Of a stretch of DNA of 64,000 nucleotides, positions 47,538 through 60,910 are shown piece by piece (position 1 is the stretch's first letter; the number at the start of each line of letters is the position of its first letter). The stretch lies in NCBI RefSeq assembly GCF_009914755.1, contig NC_060929.1; one strand, 5' to 3'. Below the pieces are notes generated by a model, which saw only the letters and a program-made list of their open reading frames with translations, ran no database searches and was not told the DNA's origin. This DNA is from the human T2T-CHM13v2.0 reference genome, Homo sapiens. The translations under genes were made by a program, and so were the position numbers.

Positions 47538-47698
47538 AAACCATCAGGTGGATGATATATACCTTTTATGTGTTTTAGCAATTCCTTACTACTTTCTAGC
47601 GCTACAAGAAGCTCCAACACCACCTTGTGTACTTTTTTCCTGAATACTAAAATTAGTAATTAATATTTTCAGGTCTCTAAAGCATAAATTGACTAACC

Positions 47699-47720
47699 AA
47701 AAAAAAAAAAAAAAAAAAAA
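47699..47720. repeat. poly(A) tract
   Basis: About 22 consecutive A. Confidence 0.9.
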
Positions 47721-48097
47721 GAATTATCAAGCCAAAGTCAGTTGAAGGCATTGACCCAGTAAATGGAAGGTGTACTAAAATTAGTTTTCTATTGGGAGAA
47801 TTAACATAATCTTTTAACATAAATATCTGATTCCCTGATTCTGGAAATGAAACTAAGCCTAGGGTCAACACAAAGTATTCAGTTTAATAGCAATTTCTTC
47901 ATGTATGAAGTTGAGACCCAAAACAGCTACCTCAGGTTTAATAGTGAATTAGCAATGTAATCATTCCCTAGTTCCCTAAGAACCAAATAAGAGTAAGCAA
48001 CCCTCATGAGGATTTGCATCTAAATTCACACTGGCAGTAATAAAAATGATACCCATTTAACTTAAGGTATTCCTAAATTACTAGTGTCCTTGGTCAG

Positions 48098-48466
48098 TGT
48101 ATTAGTCCATTTTCACACTGCTAATAAAGACATACCCGATACTGGGCAATTTACAAAAGAAAGAGGTTTAATTGGACTTACGGTTCCACATGGCTGGGGA
48201 GGCCTCACAATCATGGCAGAAGGCAAGCAGAAACAAGTCACATCTTATGTGGATGGTGGCAGGCAAAAAGAGAGCTTTGTGCAAGGGAGACTCCTATTTT
48301 TAAAACCATCAGTTCTCATGAGTCCCATTAACTATCACAAGAACAGCACAGGAAAGACCCGCCCCCATGACTCAATCATCTCCCACCAGGTGCGTCCCAC
48401 AACACATGGGGATTATGGGAGCTACAAGATGAGATTTGGGTGGGGACACAGAGCCAAACAATATCA
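48098..48466 (-). mobile_element. THE1A-type MaLR solo LTR
   Basis: tgtattagtcc...caatatca, 369 bp; 5-bp TSD GTCAG / GTCAC; paralog of 14808-15173. Confidence 0.95.
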
Positions 48467-48959
48467 GTCACCTAAAATAAGCAAACATCTGTAGAGGAAG
48501 CATCTTCATTCCAGATCTCAAATAATCTCAATCTACACAAATATTTCCCCCATGAAAGATAAAGTAGCAGACAAATTCTACAAAAACACAAGAAATCGAG
48601 GCCCTGTGAGTGAAAAAGTAAATACTAGAGGGAGCAAACATATCTCCTGTCCCACCCCCGCAAAAATTCAGATTTTACAATTTTCAGTAATAATATAGAA
48701 AATGAACTTTCCCATGTTTTTAGTAAAGAAATATAGCTTAAAAATGCATTTAATGAAACTAAAACAATAACAACAATACTGTTAGCAATAAGCAGATCTG
48801 AAGAAAAGATTATAATAGAATATCTTAAAATGTATGCATTCCATTTTTCAAATAAGAGTTCAGTGTATAGAATCAGAGCAGAAGACACAAATGAAGAGAT
48901 AATTAGTAAACAGAGATAGACGTGAAGAAATTATCTAACTGGGTATATATCTTTTCTAA

Positions 48960-49300
48960 AGTCCACTTTCAGTGACTTCACATTAATAACTTTGAACGGA
49001 CATGAATAAATATTCACACCACAATAAATTAGCAAAACTAGATATTAAGGCTTCTTCTTCAGAGCTCTGCTTTACCAACTCACACTGACTTGAATTACAC
49101 AACAGACTGACAGCAGAAGCAAATGTGAGAATTCCGCTTTTTTCAATTAAGCCAGGCAGGAAAGAGAATTGCCAACATGCAAAATAAGGTCACACTTTGT
49201 ATTAGTGTTTTTGTGTTTCTTTGTTTTGAAAACCACAATTATTTTTCACATGTATATTTTCAAAAACTAAACTTCTTTATGTTAATAATTTCATTACTGT
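48960..49300 (+). mobile_element. Charlie1-type hAT transposon fragment (left part)
   Basis: gcagaagcaaatgtgagaattccgctt...attaagccaggc...aaagagaattgc resembles the recalled Charlie1 3' region. Confidence 0.65.
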
Positions 49301-49304
49301 TATT

Positions 49305-49540
49305 ACTTTCTATGTACTGTATCATTTAACTTCAGTGAGGTTCTAGAATGGGCAACCAAATCTATGCTAAAATATGAAAATGAAACCTGGCTGCTCCTTG
49401 TGCAACATTGGGATGGAGCAGGCAAACTTTCTGGTGTGATGAAAATTGGCTGTGTCTTAATACAAATGTGGACGACACTGGAGTATTCATCTGTCATAGC
49501 TGTATCGTTAAGATGTATACCTATTACTGGATGCATGATA
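49305..49540 (+). mobile_element. L1ME-type 3' UTR fragment
   Basis: tgaggttctagaatgggcaaccaaatctatg ... aactttctggtgtgatgaaaat ... tcttaa ... ttaagatgtatac. Confidence 0.55.
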
Positions 49541-50413
49541 CCTTCCAAACCATCACACTTGTGAGAAAAGAGGGAAATTTAAGTTCCCACACTTTGGCCT
49601 CAGCCAGCTGGGTGGTTGGTATATCTGTGAGACTCTGTATCTTCCAGGTTGAACACTGTGCATAAAAGTTTCTTTATATAGGAGGTTCAGCTTTTCTGAT
49701 GAATTAATAAATGAAGTCAGTTCCTGTGTCCCAGCCACTCTGCTCTCCAGTGTGTGCCATCTCTGCAAGTCTTGAGTGTGCTGTCTCTGCACTAGTCCAG
49801 ATAGTCAGGCTATCATGATGGTCACTTTGTGCAGGTACATTGTCCTGCCATGACTATAAGGCAATGGGTCTGTCCTGAGTGGTCTGAGCATCGTAGACAT
49901 CCATTTATGTTACAGGTTTGCAGAGAGCTCCTGAGTGTGGTTGATATATTAGCTTTACTTGTATGTGTCATTCTTAGGATAAATGAAATTCTCTTCCTCC
50001 ACATGCAGCCCTCCAGTTGACAATTGACTTAGGGGTGGAATCCCATCAGTGAGATCTGGCTGGTCTATGGTGTTTGAGAGCCTTGGACTTCAATGCCTGC
50101 AAAGTGGAACCACGTGCTTTCCAAGTTGCTGTTGACATGGCTGCCTTCTGTCCTCTGATTTCTGCACTTTCTTCCCTGATTCTTTCAAGGATGCTCCTGA
50201 GATGACACTGAAAGGCAGCTCCTAAGTTTGCCTCCAGGCCAAAGGAAGTCTGAAAATTCAGAAGAAAATAAATAGAAGTTCGTAACTCAACTGTATTAAG
50301 TGTTGGAGTCAATATGATTCATGGAGTGGTACATACAACCTGAAATCTAAGAAGTGAAGACAAATTTTGATCTGTCTTTCATGATGCCATTTAGAAAGTA
50401 CATTATTATTGTT

Positions 50414-51495
<1,082 letters not shown>

Positions 51496-51650
51496 TTATT
51501 ATTTTTAAAATAAGAAATATTTTAAAATTTTCTCAGCTATAACTTTGGTAAATATTAATAAATATTATTCACACTTAAAAAGTCTCTGGGGTTCTCAGTA
51601 ATATTTAAGAAGAAAAAGCATCTGAGACAAAATAGTTTGAGAACCACTTT
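51496..51650 (+). mobile_element. Charlie1-type fragment (right terminus)
   Basis: aaaattttctcag...ctctggggttctcagtaatatttaaga...ctgagacaaaatagtttgagaaccact. Confidence 0.7.
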
Positions 51651-51849
51651 ACTAAGGCACAGAAAAAAATAAAGATTTTATTTGGATAGGTAAAGAGTAA
51701 AAATATGTGTACTGATTTCCTCTCAGCATTACACACACACACACGCATGCACACACACACACATACACTCTTCCTCAACCCTATCTATCATATAAGTGTT
51801 ATATTATGTTTGTTTAATCAATGTTTAAAGTTTACATTTTCGGATACAT

Positions 51850-52800
51850 TATTCAATTTTCTCTTTTGTGGTTCTCACCCATTCTTTGTATGTTTTACTA
51901 TCTTAGTGATTGCAACATATTTTATTATTCATTTGCCTATTAGCTTTAAAATTATGCATTTTTCTTATGAGTCCTTTTCTCCTTTTCCATCTCCTCTTCC
52001 CTCCTCTTCCTACTTATTCTTCTAAATATTTTGACAATAAATGCTATATTTACCACATATTTACTCTTCATTACTTTTCCTTTCTTTCTCTATTTTAGCT
52101 TCCTGTGTGATCAATATCCTTCCGCCTGAACAACTCCCTTTAGAATATCTTTTAGTACAAACCTGATGATAATAAATTATTCCAGATTTTCTTTTTCTTT
52201 TCCCTTATCTTTATTTACTTTACATTTTCATTACCTATGGATTTTTTACTAGATATAGAATTCCAGATGAGGAGGTTTTCTTTTTATTCCGAATTTTGAA
52301 GATTAACATTTCATTGTTTCTGGCTTGTGTTTTTTTTTTTTCTCTTAATGAATTAATTTCAGTCTAGGTTTCAGTCATTTGAAGATACCTTGTTATGTTA
52401 TTTGTCCCTGGCTGCTTTTAAAATTTTCTCTTTGTCTTTTATTACAGTCATTATGCAGAATATGCCAAATTGTATGTTTCTTTCCATATCTCAGTTATAA
52501 ATTTCCTACCTTGTGGACATCTGTAATCTACTTTAGTAAATTGTTAGTCTTATCTCTTCGAATATTGCTTCTGATTCTTTCTTACTTCACCACTATCTAG
52601 AATTCAAATGACCACAATATTACCTCTTATTACTAAATCCTTTGAGATTCTTATCTTTTCTTCTCTATCTGCCAACCATTTGTGCCTCTTTTTCATTTTG
52701 TGTATTTTCTTCTGACCTATATTCTCTTTAGCTGTGTCTAATATACTGCAAAATGTATGTATTGACTTCTTACCTTTCATTTTCTAATTTTCAGTATTAG
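51850..52800 (-). mobile_element. Very old L1M/HAL1 fragment
   Basis: T-rich antisense L1 pattern: tccctttagaatatcttttagtacaaacctg...agatatagaattccagatga...tttcattgtttctggctt. Confidence 0.55.
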
Positions 52801-53044
52801 TGACGCAGTATTTCTTTAATTCAAAATCAGGGATTGAGATCATTTGAAGCTAGATTTCATCACTGTGGATAGCTGGTCTGTTTGATTTACTCTTACTTCT
52901 TGGAAGTAGAGAAGGGTCATGATGTGCAATGTCTGTGAACCTGTCTGACATGTGACACGTCTCAGCCTTCTGCACAATGACCCGGTGGTTTTAACAGGAA
53001 AGGGCCCAGACTGTAGGATCACATAACTTGGCTGCTGTTTAAGG

Positions 53045-53622
53045 CTTAGTAGTTCTAAGACATTATCTCAAACATTTTGATGTTTACTCTTTTAAAACAT
53101 GTCTTTTTCTGTTTCCCTTGAATCTGGGCAGGTTTGTCATTACTATTTGACAAAATATAAAGGAAAGTGGAGCTACATGACTTCTCAGGCTAGTTAATTA
53201 AATGTCATCCTGTCCATCTTGTCAGCTGGTACAGTCACTTTTGGAGACTGAGCTGCTTTATAAAATTATTACAATCCAAATCCATCATGCAAGAGAGACT
53301 ATATTAGACACTCCAGTCAATAGTCCCAATAGCTACCAGCCATCCATACATCCTAACCAGGGCACCTGACAAGTGAGAGAAGATGATTTTCTTGAATCCT
53401 CAAGAGTAGCCTATCATCCAGCTAAATAACATCAAGCGACCGCTGTCAAGGCCAGGTGAAACAAATTAATCACCCAGCCATATTGTTGTTTTATGCCACA
53501 TGGAACAGAAAAATTATGATGCTATAATTCCTGATTCGGGTAATTGGGAGACATAATAAAATGGTTGTTGTTTTAGGCCACTAAGCATTAATTAGTTCAT
53601 AATGAATCGAATGGCAAGTGAA
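53045..53622 (+). mobile_element. MLT1G/H-type MaLR LTR
   Basis: cccttgaatctgggcagg ... tgacttctcaggctag ... ataataaaatggttgttgttttaggccactaag. Confidence 0.75.
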
Positions 53623-56600
53623 CACCTCTATATTTCCATGGATTCTGGTCCAGTAATTCTTGGCTATCTTTTTAGTTATTTAATTCCTTCATGATTTGGA
53701 CTGATTTTTTTTTCTAGACATCCAGATATCTTCTATTGGATAATTAACCCAAACTAGCTAGTTGGCAAAAATAATTCTACATTGCATGCATATTTCTTAA
53801 GTTATGTCTAATTGTGTTCCCACAGATAATACGTTCCTTGTGAGCTCTTCAACTCCACATGCTATCTTCTACTGTTTTCTAATTGTAGTTTTGCTTCCTT
53901 TTGTCTTATTTAAAACATTTTTCCTATAGTTGCAGTATCTAAATAAATATAAGGAAGAGTTCCCTGTTACCTACCCGTCATCAAGAAAAATCAGAATTTG
54001 TTGGACAACATCATCTTAAGTCTGAAGGATTCCACTTCTACGGTATAAAATAAACAGCGATACTTTAATTAATTTTCATTAATTAATTAAAAAGGAGGAA
54101 AAGATAATGAGTCACATAAACACTAAAGGCATTTATTTAAGCACATTATTCTTGGGACACCTTGCTCTTCACTAGACTGTGAGCTGAGAGTCATCACTTA
54201 CACTTAATTTTGAAATGACAATTTTTTGGAGTAGTCAGTATTTGTAGTTATTCAATACATCCTTGGCTTTAAAACTTTAAAAATTTTATTCTGAATAGTA
54301 TGCTATACAGAGCCCGGTCAGGAATAAATTTTTGAGAAGTGTAGCATAAATTGATAGCAATATTACTCTTAATGCAGAATAACTGAAATTGAAACAAAAT
54401 TTGATGTGTGGAGTAGAAATTCCTTTTTTTCTAAAGTAAATACTTTATTAACACCAATGAGACATCATTGTTATTATACAAGAAAGAAAATAAAACATTA
54501 TTTTATGTATATATTTTATGTAATCTAAGTCTGGGAATGCAAGTTCATGAGATTCCCACATAAACCTATGGGTCAATTTTTAGGGAAATATTTCTATTTC
54601 TATATAAAGCTATCTGATACTATGTTAAGCAATAAATTCAAATCTCGTTTTACTGTTTATATTGATGGCCACAATTTCTCACTTAAATATATATTAATAT
54701 TAAACTGTATTACACATAATGATATCAGTAATATAAAATATATATAAACTGACCAAATTATATTTGCTGTGTAATTATTTATGCATGTAAAAAATTGCTT
54801 ATATGTCTCTATTTCTTCCCTCCTTTTACTTCTGGTAAGAGTAGAGTATTTTTAAGAGCCATGTAATGCAGATCAGGTAGAGCAGTTAAGATGAATTTTT
54901 GTGTTTGAATTATCACTTCATCATAATGGAAATACAGTCATCTCTGTACTATTGGTTAAACTTCATTTTTTCTCAATAACAACCACTTTCATGTGAAGTA
55001 TTTTTATTGTGATAGGATTCTTTAAGATGAAATTTCCATATTGGAAATATGAAATGGTAGCATAAATGTAAACTTTGGTCCCTGAACTAAAATTTCAGAA
55101 AGTGTTTTTTCTACTTCGTAAATTACATGGTGTAGAAGTACCAGAAAAGAAAATAATTTGTTGTGTCTTCTTTAGTCAAGTGGGTAAATTTTCTCAGGGA
55201 CACAAGAATATCTTTAAATTTTTGAGTTGAACATGAGAGACAACTTGACTGACATTTTAGATAAAGAAACAATAATTGTAATGTCAAACTCAATCAGTCA
55301 CATATTAGTTATATAATCCTGAATGTTACCAGTGTGCTCTGTGTCTCAGTTTTTGTGGCGATAATAAAGACTACTTGATGGGGTTCTTTGAAATTGCTGA
55401 AAGATAGTGTATGCAAAGTGCCTATAGCTCCTGATATAATCAATAAATATAGGAGTCATCTCTGCACATTATTCAATATAAAAGTTTCTTGTAAGGCAAA
55501 ATGAATGACTTAAAGTACTTTAATGGATTTAGCGCTATTCCCATCTAATATCTGACCAAATCATAATTTAATGATTAAGTTCATACTAATGTAACTATTT
55601 TGAACAGTTTCAATATAGTGATGAATAAAGAAGAAACAATTGTTCCAATCATTGTGTTTAATTGTGTTTTGTGGAATCACCACTTTTTATTGATTAATAA
55701 CATTTTTGATAGATTTCATCTTTTCTTGTTCAACTGTAATAATCTATATGTTTACAATGCTAAACTCAAAGTTGATTTAAATCTTAGTTTCTCCTCTCTT
55801 CCTAGGTGCAGACTTCAACCTTAGCTCCAGAAACATGCACTGAACGTAGTGCCATAATTTACTCTACTCTTCCCTCTTTCCCATTCCAGGAACTTGATAT
55901 GGAAAGGCGTGTCTGGTGGGGTATGCCTCTGAGGATAATATACCCTGCCACATATGGGCTCTATCTCAACCATTCTCAATGATTGGAGCAGCAGACATCT
56001 TTTAGTAAACATTCTAGAAATTCATGGGTACTTTAAAAAATCAGTTATCACCATTACTGGAGGGCACTATGGGCAGTAGTCAAGGTTGGAAGAAAGCCTG
56101 ACATTTATGAAATACTTAGTCACAATAATTATCCTGCATAACTTCATTGGGACTATTTGAAACACAAATACATATTAGTAGTACTTTAGCACAAAATAGC
56201 ATTGAAAGTTTTACAAGAATATGAATGAAAATCCAATACTTGAGGAGAAGATTGTTGTGAAATACAAGAGTTAAGTATTAGAAAACCATTCCTGATTTTA
56301 TTGAATAAATTATTAATCCTGTATATTCTGTCTCTTCAATGTGCAATTGCAGTACTGACATATTGGCTCTGCATCAATCATATCACCTTTGTTTTATATT
56401 TTTCCTTTATGATTGGTGATACATTATAGATATAGTCTAGTGTCCCTTGATGTTTTGTTGATAATATTTGTAAAGAACACCATGTCCTACAAAGTGTTTT
56501 GAAAATCTATCAACTGTAGTGAACAATATTTACTACTTATTTTCAAGATTCTTTTTATTTTGAATATTTAATTTTTTCTATATGTTATTCTTATTGCAAT

Positions 56601-56727
56601 GAAATATAAGCTAATTTCAAAGTCATAAATAAAGGATTATATACTATTTGTAATAAAGGATATTGCCTATCACTTTCCTAGTTCTACAAGTGTTAAGAGT
56701 TTAAAGGTAAAATAAAAATTAATAACT

Positions 56728-57145
56728 GTAGGACTTGCTTTATGAATCTGGGTACTCCTAGACTGGATAAAGAAAATGTGGCACAATGCACCATGAAATA
56801 CTATGCAGCCATAAAAAAAGGATGAATTCATGTCCTTTGCAGGGATATGGATGAAGCTGGAAACCATCATTCTCAGCAAACTAACACAGGAACAGAAAAC
56901 CAAGCACTGCATGTTCTCACTCATAAGTGGGAGTTGAACAATGAGAACACATGGACACAGGGAGGGGAATATCACACATCGGGGCCTGTTGGGGGCTGGG
57001 GAGGTAGGGGAGGGGTAGCAACTGGAGAAATACCTAATGTAGATGATGGGTTGATGGTTGCAGCAAACCACCATAGCACCTGTATACCTATGTAACAAAC
57101 CTCCACATTCTGCACATGTATCCCAGAACTTAAAGTATAATAAAA
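56728..57145 (+). mobile_element. L1PA7-type 3' end with a ~30-nt inverted 5' fragment
   Basis: 3' UTR tacctaatgtagatgatgggttgatg...tcccagaacttaaagtataat; TSD aaaaatt(t)aataact on both sides. Confidence 0.9.
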
Positions 57146-57214
57146 ATTTAATAACTAGGCATTATTGCAATCATTTTCTATTCATTGTCTCTCTTTCACA
57201 AGCTATCACTATTT

Positions 57215-57900
57215 TGTCAGTGTTCCTATTACATAATGCTTAGTAGAAATACAGCTCAAAATTTAGTTTATTAAAACAATAATTTGTGTTATTCTTATAA
57301 TTCTTTTGGCTATGAATTTGAGCAGAACACTGGGAATGGCTTATACATATTAATATTCCATGGTATCCTAGCCTTAGCTAGACTGGTTTATAAAACTGGA
57401 AAATGCTATCGTGAAACAACCAGTGCCATATATCTAGTATCTTGTGGTTCTGGTCTTTGCTAGGAATCTTATTTCTTCTCCATGTGGCATTTACTGGAGC
57501 TGGGATATTCAAAATGGCTTCTTTATTCACTTGTCTGGCACCTCCACTGAGATTAATGGAGCAGCTCTGGGTTGGCAAGGAATATATGTCTTGCTGTACG
57601 TATTCTCCAATATGTCTAGCTTAGTCTTTCTTACAGCATGGCAGATCCAGGATATTCAATCTTCTTACATAGAGTCTGACATCCACAGAACAATTCCAAG
57701 AGACCAAGAATTCGTGTGTGTTCTTATGATCTGTATTCAGAAGTTACTCAGTTTTACTTCTGCTATGTTTTACTGGTTAAGGAGAACTGTGCTGGATTCA
57801 ATGATGAAGGGAACAATAAAGAGCATGAGAACAGGAGAAATGGTTCATTGAGGTTGGAGGGGAGATGGAGAAGGTGCACCTTGAAAAGTACTACCACACC
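57215..57900 (-). mobile_element. MLT1G/H-type MaLR LTR
   Basis: ttcaaaatggcttctttattcacttgtctggcacc ... cttcttacat ... ttccaagagacc ... acttctgctatgttttactgg. Confidence 0.65.
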
Positions 57901-59064
57901 ATCCATCTCTATTCTGGCTTTCTCATGGGGAGAGTGAGTGAGGAGAAACTTGCTTAGCCACCTCTTTACACAGGACACTGATTTAGAAGATCTGGCTATC
58001 TAAACATTTTCCACTACCAATCATCTTCCACCAAGATGCTCTGTTGCATTTCACTTTTTATAGAATTCTATTATTGAGCAGGCAACCTGTTAAGTGAGAT
58101 ACCAGTGAGATGGTTCATAGCCATCTTTTGACGTCCGCCTTAACCAACGGGAAACTCATGCATCCTTTCTATGCCAAACTGGGAAGCGCATCAGTGGAAG
58201 AGCTTTTCTTTCATATTCTTTTTCTCTCATTCCGATTGAACAATTTTATGTAGTTTTGTCCTGTTTTTTTTTCCTCCTCCTCAACCAATACCCACTCCAT
58301 CTAGACCCAAAGGCAGAATATTCTACTTGAGACAACACTTTATCTCTAGGAATGATTTTTTTTAATAAAGCTTTCCTCATTTGTCCTCCAGGAAAATAAA
58401 GCACCTTTTAAAATCCCATTTAGAAGGAAAGCAGTATTACTATATAAGAATATTGTACTCATCAGATAGCTGAGGATAATAACTCCTCTAACCTCTCTCT
58501 TCTCTTATTTTCCTCCTTCTCCTCATCTTCTGCTTTCAATATTTTGGCTAAATGTTGTAAGTAGAAGAAAGTTGATTATGTATTGTGATTGTGATAGGGT
58601 GAATTCTTCTACCTCTTAATACAACTTGAATGAGAATTATCTGGCCCCAGATACAGGTGGCTTGCTTTAGAATGCAGATAATTGGTGTCCTTGGTTTTCT
58701 TTTACCTAAAGGCTCTAGTGGTAATTCCAGGGGGAAAAAATCTACTCAAGATTTTCTTAGACAAACAATATGAACTTTTGTCTACTCCATGAAACTAAAA
58801 CAAAAATTGAAAAGAAAAAAAATCAAAAAATAAAATATGATTTTAAATAGTCACCTTACAAAAATCTCTTTGTAGGCTCCCAGAATTATTATGGTCTCCA
58901 AGAGCAAAATAAAATGTCTTTGTTGTTTTCCATTTCATGGGTCATAATGGTAGTTGACTTTCCAATTTCCATCCTGGTCATTTATGATTTCTAATTAATG
59001 CAATATTTTGAAGTATTTTGCATTGTACTGTTTGAACATGAAACATCTTGTCTTCACTCTTCAC

Positions 59065-59090
59065 TTTGATTAGATTAGAATCTAATCAAA
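59065..59090. repeat. Perfect 12-bp inverted repeat with a 2-nt spacer
   Basis: TTTGATTAGATT-AG-AATCTAATCAAA. Confidence 0.95.
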
Positions 59091-60169
59091 ATTGGATTCT
59101 ATGTGACATAAAATAAACTGATAACTTTTAAATTAATCTTGACTAGTTTATTTTGTCAAGATAGGCTTTTCTTTCATGATATATTCTCTTCAATCATTAA
59201 GGAAAGAATGCTGTCACAAATATAATGAGCATGTATTATAGTATCAAAACCTATTTGTGAATCTTTTAGAACTGGTATTTCTGTGTTCTTTTGACCTTGA
59301 AGCCAAGAGTTCTGCTCATTAAATTTCTGGGTCTAAAGTGAATTAGTTTCATACAGTAGACCATTTTCTTAAAACTTTATTAATGTCAAATTTTATATAA
59401 GTTAATTAAAGGTGCTAGTTTTGGGGTTCATTCTTAAGTTCATCCAAGACAGAAAAATAATGTGTTTTTTTTTTTGTTGGTTTTGTGTGTTGGGGGTGGC
59501 AGTGCGGGTTGGGGATGGCACACAGGGATTTTAATTCTTCTTATGTTAATGCAACGTCTGGTGAATAATATTTCAGGGAGCAGGACAGCATACAAATCCC
59601 AGTAGGCAGAATGACTACCAGGAATTTACTTCTACTCTTACCACGGCCTAACTTTCAGTATTGCACCCTACTTAAAAGAAGATATTATGTTCCGTAGCTG
59701 TAAATAGATGGCCCAAGCAGGGCCTCAAAAGCACTTCTAAATCACTGAAGCATACAACTACAATCATTCAGACATAAAAGTAGACTATATAATACTTAGG
59801 TTGGTGATATATAGATGACTTTTTGTACTCCTTACAATATGCCAGCATTCCAACAAGTGGTTTATTGATGTTGTCACATTAACATATTAATTATCATTTG
59901 TGAAAAAGAAGACAATGAATTAACTTAATTAATGTACCCAAGGTCACATAAATAATACATGGCAGAGGCAATATTGGACCATGATATAAAAAGCTTAAAA
60001 CCTCGTGCTCTAAATTACATTGTTTTATCAGCAAACAACAACTCTAAACTGTGTAAATTTATTAATGATACTACTCTAATTTATCTCTAAATTAAAGTGA
60101 CCATAATATTGAAATTTTTGTGACTATCCTGAATTCTGCTCTCGTTTTCAATTGTATTTATACTGATAG

Positions 60170-60830
60170 ATTTATTTTTTAAGTCTATTCAACAAATGTT
60201 TATTAACTTCTATTTTCAAAAACTGCCCAAGGTAGTGTGAGTGTAATAACAAACAAAACACTTTTAGTCACATTTATACCTTGTCTTCAGAGAGTTTATG
60301 TGAGATAAAAGAATGATTAATATTATTGTAATTGAACATATACTTTATTAGGGACTATAAATACAGGACAGAGAAAACTTTTTTGGTAAACAGGAAATAA
60401 AAAAATTATTGATGTCTCAGAAGGGCTTGTAATCTATGAGATTATATGGGTATTTTAATAAGCATTCGGTGACCCAATGAATTCAACACATGCCTTCACA
60501 GTTAGATGAAAAGTACAGGCCTGAGGCAAAAGCAGTAGCACATTTAGAGAGGGGTGCTCTGCAGTAGAGACTATTGAGTGACAAGAGATAGGAATGGATT
60601 GTATAGGCCTTGCAAAAGGAGCAAATCTGGTTATTATTCTGAGTGAAATGGGAAGCACTGGAAGGTTTTCAGCAAGAAAGGGGCATAATCTCATTTTTGT
60701 TTATAAAAGATCGCTTTAGCAACTGAGTGAAGGTGCTGTAGAAGGACAAGAATGGGGCAGGAGATCCAATGAGCAGATTTTTGTAATGGTTTATGATTAG
60801 CGCTACATGGCAATTGACAGAGTGGTAATA
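60170..60830 (-). mobile_element. L2 fragment
   Basis: tattcaacaaatgtttattaac ... ttattctgagtgaaatgggaagcactggaaggttttcagcaag ... aaaagatcgct. Confidence 0.7.
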
Positions 60831-60910
60831 TGAGGAAATTTTGTAAAAGCCACTAATTTTTTTAAAACTAAAAAAACCTTAAAAACCCAAATTATGAAAA
60901 ATAAAACTGT

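Larger units (their letters stand above)
41700..47570 (+). mobile_element. Long, decayed old L1 (L1MC3/L1MD-type 3' UTR) with ORF1/ORF2 remnants and nested insertions
   Basis: A-rich sense L1 landmarks: caagacccaactatatg, cttcaacactactct, caaaatttgtaggatgcaac, aactacaatgagatacca; 3' UTR aagagctcccaatggcaaaagctggaacaat and agagtaactttacagtgaagaatcctgacaaacacta. Confidence 0.85.

Noticed and set aside
48084-48494. 136-aa ORF
   Set aside because: Antisense reading of the THE1 LTR; a common artefact ORF
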